The position numbers and the translations under genes are program-made. Below are positions 59,666 to 64,000 of a stretch of DNA of 64,000 nt, in pieces. This DNA comes from the human T2T-CHM13v2.0 reference genome, Homo sapiens. Every line of letters begins with the position of its first letter. Position 1 is the first letter of the stretch. The notes under the pieces are model-generated. The model did not search any database, was not told where the DNA came from, and saw nothing but the letters and a program-made list of their open reading frames with translations. The stretch lies in the NCBI RefSeq assembly GCF_009914755.1, contig NC_060925.1; one strand, 5' to 3'.

Positions 59666-59764
59666 GGCTTGTCTGGTGCAGTGGTGCTTACAGCTAATTG
59701 ATCACAACCAGTTATAGATGTCTTTGTTTCTTCTCGACTCCCACTGCTTCACCTCACTAGCCTT
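59666..59764 (+). pseudogene. Y3 RNA (RNY3) retropseudogene
   Basis: GGCTTGTCTGGTGCAGTGGTGCTTACAGCTAATTGATCACAACCAGTTATAGATGTCTTTG...CACTAGCCTT matches hY3; TSD ttacttcattta (59654-65) / ttactttattta (60147-58). Confidence 0.93.
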
Positions 59765-59775
59765 AAAAATTTTTT

Positions 59776-60138
59776 TTTTTATTTTAAAATTTTTTTTTAT
59801 TATACTCTAAGTTTTAGGGTACCTGTGCACATTGTGCAGGTTAGTTACATATGTATACATGTGCCATGCTGGTGCGCTGCACCCACTAACGTGTCATCTA
59901 GCATTAGGTATATCTCCCAATGCTATCCCTCCCCCCTCCCCCGACCCCACCACAGTCCCCAGAGTGTGATATTCCCCTTCCTGTGTCCATGTGATCTCAT
60001 TGTTCAATTCCCACCTATGAGTGAGAATATGCGGTGTTTGGTTTTTTGTTCTTGCGATAGTTTACTGAGAATGATGGTTTCCAATTTCATCCATGTCCCT
60101 ACAAAGGACATGAACTCATCATTTTTTATGGCTGCATA
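59776..60138 (-). mobile_element. 5'-truncated L1HS, pre-Ta subfamily
   Basis: Minus strand reads GCTAGATGAC-ACG-TTAGTGGG and AAAACTTA-G-AGTATAAT, the ACG/G pre-Ta diagnostics. Confidence 0.85.
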
Positions 60139-60603
60139 TTTTTTAATTACTTTATTTAATACAGAGAAGATGAGAAGACAATGTAAATGCTGCTTTGTGA
60201 GTGATGGGAAGAAGTACTTTTAGTGATAGCAGTGAATCAAAGCATAAGGTCATCAATAGTCGACTTCATTGCCCAGTGTTTTCAAAGTCCCCACGTGTGT
60301 TGGTTATTCTTTAGTAAAGTAGACGTGACAATGCTCGTTGGCTGTTATTGTGAAGCTTGACTGATAATACTGGGATTTTGAGATCAAGAGGCTAGAAGCC
60401 AAGATGTTTGAAATATGTAAGGTCAGCTGCCTGCTCTTTCCTCCTCCCCTACGAGTGAATCAACACTTGCTTTATAAGTTTTTCTTCTCTATCTCCTTTC
60501 TCTATTGTTAGTTTCACTTCCTACTCTTAAAAATTCTGAGCTTTCAAAATCATGTTTATCAGGAGAAAAAAGAGACTGAAAGAGCTTAAAATGGGATACC
60601 TCT

Positions 60604-60740
60604 GGCCGGGTGCGGTAGTTCACGCCTGTAATCCCAGCTCTTAGGGAGGCAGAGGCGGGAGGATAGCTTGAGCCCAGGAGTTCGAGACCTGCCTGGGCAA
60701 TATAGCAAGACCCCATTCTCCACAAAAAGGAAAAAAAAAA
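60604..60740 (+). pseudogene. BC200 RNA (BCYRN1) retropseudogene lacking the 3' unique domain
   Basis: CCCAGCTCTTAGGGAGG..GGAGGATAGCTTGAGCCCAGGAGTTCGAGACCTGCCTGGGCAATATAGC...TTCTCCACAAAAAGGAAAAAAAAAA carries BC200-specific residues; TSD GGGATACCTCT at 60593-603 and 60741-751. Confidence 0.9.
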
Positions 60741-61357
60741 GGGATACCTCTGAAAGAGGTTGTAATTTGGAATTGTAACATGAAAACCTAAGGAAATTTT
60801 TTGCAGTATTTCAACTGTATATTTGTCGTTGCTGTTATCCAGTCTTACAACAAACTATCAGAATTTTACTTTTGCAATTTTAATAGAGAAGTCTCTGCAT
60901 CCTAAGAAATGTAAAGAAAAAGAACAATAAAGACTGGGGGAACTTTTAAATTTCATCGTCTCTTGGTGTGTGGAGAATTTTGCAGGGAATAATTCCTGCA
61001 AATCCTACACCTTCAGATTGATACCCTCAAAGGACACTAAACCACAGTCCTTTTTTAAGGAAGGATAAAACTGTATTTACTGTATACAGTTCTAGGCATT
61101 GGATTTAATATGTGATGTATTTCACTAAGGTGGCCTCAGTGGGTACTATTTTAAGCTACTCTCTCTGTGTGCATATCTTTAGTGACTCAAGGCATTAATA
61201 TTTTATTCAGGATGTGTAGATAAGATATTTTTGTAATTTAATGGAAAGTCTCATGTTTAATGGGTTTGAATTCTGTTTGTTGGCAATTAAATACCTAAGT
61301 ATATTAATTTTTTAGGGTTTAGGGTTTTGCCAACAGTAATGTGTTTTGCTTATAAGA

Positions 61358-61403
61358 GCCCCCCTTTTCTATCTTCTTTTTAATAGCAACATCATGACAA
61401 CAG
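61358..61403 (+). promoter_or_regulatory. EPB41: Tandem 3' splice acceptors of exon 2 (proximal AG 61385-86, distal AG 61402-03) bracketing the 17-nt AUG1-containing segment (exon 2')
   Basis: ccccccttttctatcttctttttaatAG|caacatcATGacaacAG|agaag; matches the known exon 2'/2 arrangement of EPB41. Confidence 0.9.
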
Positions 61404-61861
61404 AGAAGAGTTTAGTGACTGAGGCCGAAAATTCACAGCACCAACAGAAGGAAGAGGGTGAGGAAGCCATAAACTCAGGCCAACAAGAACCTCAGCAGGA
61501 GGAATCTTGTCAAACAGCAGCTGAAGGAGATAATTGGTGTGAACAGAAGCTGAAAGCTTCTAATGGAGACACTCCTACACATGAAGACTTGACCAAGAAC
61601 AAGGAGCGGACATCAGAAAGCAGAGGACTTTCACGACTATTCTCCTCGTTTCTCAAAAGGCCCAAATCTCAGGTGTCCGAGGAAGAAGGCAAAGAAGTAG
61701 AGTCAGATAAAGAAAAAGGTGAAGGAGGTCAGAAAGAGATAGAATTTGGAACCAGTCTTGATGAAGAGATCATTTTAAAGGCCCCAATTGCAGCTCCTGA
61801 ACCGGAACTCAAAACAGACCCATCTTTGGATCTTCATTCATTAAGCAGTGCAGAAACACAG
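61394..61861 (+). CDS. EPB41: EPB41 (protein 4.1R) exon 2 coding part, N-terminal headpiece of the 135-kDa isoform (156 codons, phase-0 donor)
   Basis: Translates MTTEKSLVTEAENSQHQQKEEGEEAINSGQQEPQ...PSLDLHSLSSAETQ, the recognised 4.1R N-terminus. Pyrimidine tract plus TAG acceptor at 61384-61386; CAG|gtaagg donor at 61861/61862. Confidence 0.97.
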
Positions 61862-61936
61862 GTAAGGATGTGTGGATATGGGAGGTGGGCAAAGGAAGGC
61901 AGGTTATACACTTTATTTTTCATTTAAGAGTATTTG

Positions 61937-62238
61937 GGCTGGGCGCGGTGGCTCATGCCTGTAATTCCACCACTTTGGGAGGCCGAGGCAGGCGGATCAA
62001 CTGAGGTCAGGAGTTCGAGACCAGCCTGGCCAACATGGCCAAACCCTGTCTCTACTAAAAGTACAAAAATTAGCCGGGCCTGATGGCGGGTGCCTGTAAT
62101 CCCAGCTACTCAGGAGGCTGAGACAGGAGAAGTTGAACTCGGGAGGCGGAGGCTGCAGTGAGCTGAGATCGTGCCACTGCATTCCAGCCTAGGCAACAAG
62201 GATGAGATTCCGTCTCAACAACGGGGGGATAAAAAAAG
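61937..62238 (+). mobile_element. AluS
   Basis: Alu consensus match. Confidence 0.9.
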
Positions 62239-62312
62239 TACTTGGTTTTATTTCTTACTAGCTAGTTGACTTAGGCATTGATAGTGATAAGTAGCATCAT
62301 AAAGCTTTATAG

Positions 62313-62805
<493 letters not shown>

Positions 62806-63639
62806 CCATTTACTGTTTATAAATCAAAGAATAGTAGAGAAAAAAAAAGTATCAAATCAATGTGTTCAGCCCATATATCATTTTATTATAATAATGGAAC
62901 AAATTGAAGATTTCTCATGAGAGAGGAAAAGAAAGATGAGATGGTTTAGAGTTCATTTTTGTGGAATTATTAGGAACAGGACGGTTATCAGCAGATGTGG
63001 TTCTTTTACGTAAATCTTCCTAAAAGCTGTGTGATGAATTCAAGCCCTTTGAAGGTATGTGATAGATTCAAGTCATGTCTACCTTATTTTGATCATCTTC
63101 TTTAACTAGAGCATATTGCCACAGAGTGTAAGATACAGATGAGGAAGTCTAGCTCTTTCTATCACCTGTGTAATGTATATTAGTCTGGGGCCTTAATTGT
63201 GACATAGTGTTGTTAAACTAAACACGAGTTGTGAGTTTATTTGTCCCAAAAAATGGGAAAACATTAGTACTGTAACTCAGACTATTTTCTGAGAATGTCA
63301 TTTATTTTCAGCCTCACCATTACAATTAAGAATTATTTTCAGAGTCTTCTTATTTCTGAAGCATGTGAATATTATCTGCATCGTTAAAAGTGTAAGTCCT
63401 TCTAGAACTCTGACAGTGTTGGGGGGAAAAAAGTAAAAGTCCTACATGTTTCTATTATAGGTCTGAGATTTGGACTCCATAGTTTTATTAGAGTCTTATT
63501 AGAATATTACATGTATTTCTAGAACTATTACTTGTATATTCAAAGTGCTGAGGGTAAAATTTAGGATAAAATTATAATTGCACACTTGCTGTTAGTGAAA
63601 CAAGGTTGAAAACAAGATTTACTATGTTCTGTAATAGTT

Positions 63640-63840
63640 AAGATGCAAGCTATAGAATCCGACTAGAGGGTTCAAATCGAAGAAAAGTCACACTTTTCAC
63701 TTTATCAGTTTCCTCCTCTGTACAATGGGGATAATAATATCCACCTCATTTGGGATTGAAAGGATTAAAAGAGTGAAACCGGTAAAAGCTCTTAAAACAT
63801 TGCCTGGCATTTAATAAATACTCAATGAATGTTAGCTAGT
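63640..63840 (+). mobile_element. MIR
   Basis: cagtttcctcctctgtacaatggggataataatat...tgcctggcatttaataaatactcaatgaatgttagc. Confidence 0.75.
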
Positions 63841-63930
63841 AAATAAACACAAACAGTAAAGGCAAAGAAACCATTCATATCTTAATAACATTTTATTTTA
63901 GGAATACCAAAAGAATTAAATTACATTATC

Positions 63931-64000
63931 GGCCGGGCGCAGTGGCTCACACCTGTAATCCTAGCACTCTAGGAGGCTGAGGCAGGCGAATCACAAGGTC
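63931..64000 (+). mobile_element. Alu 5' end (runs off the window)
   Basis: ggccgggcgcagtggctcacacctgtaatc. Confidence 0.9.

Noticed and set aside
61346-61927. 193-aa ORF as a standalone gene
   Set aside because: It is EPB41 exon 2 plus read-through into intron on both sides; the true limits are set by the splice sites.

Overview
Human genomic DNA from the EPB41 (protein 4.1R) locus, transcribed on the + strand. About 61 kb is intron upstream of the first coding exon; exon 2 lies at 61387-61861 (AUG1 at 61394, MTTEKSLV...SSAETQ), followed by about 2 kb of the next intron. The window is very repeat-rich: about 70 Alus (roughly 30% of the sequence), L1M/L1PA/L1HS pieces, MIR, L2, CR1/L3, MaLR/ERV LTRs, MER5 and MADE1. 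Almost all ORF-track entries are repeat artefacts. The most notable structure is a both-ends-intact Mutator-like (Ricksha) DNA transposon at 52235-56991. It keeps TIRs, a 9-10 bp TSD and a decayed FLYWCH+MULE transposase, and it contains an MLT2B LTR, three Alus and an RPL27 processed pseudogene that itself carries an L1PA. The 2 kb upstream of exon 2 also holds a Y3 RNA retrocopy with a human-specific pre-Ta L1HS in its tail and a BC200 retrocopy. I found no evidence of a new protein-coding gene. Subfamily names come from recalled consensus sequences and repeat boundaries are approximate.
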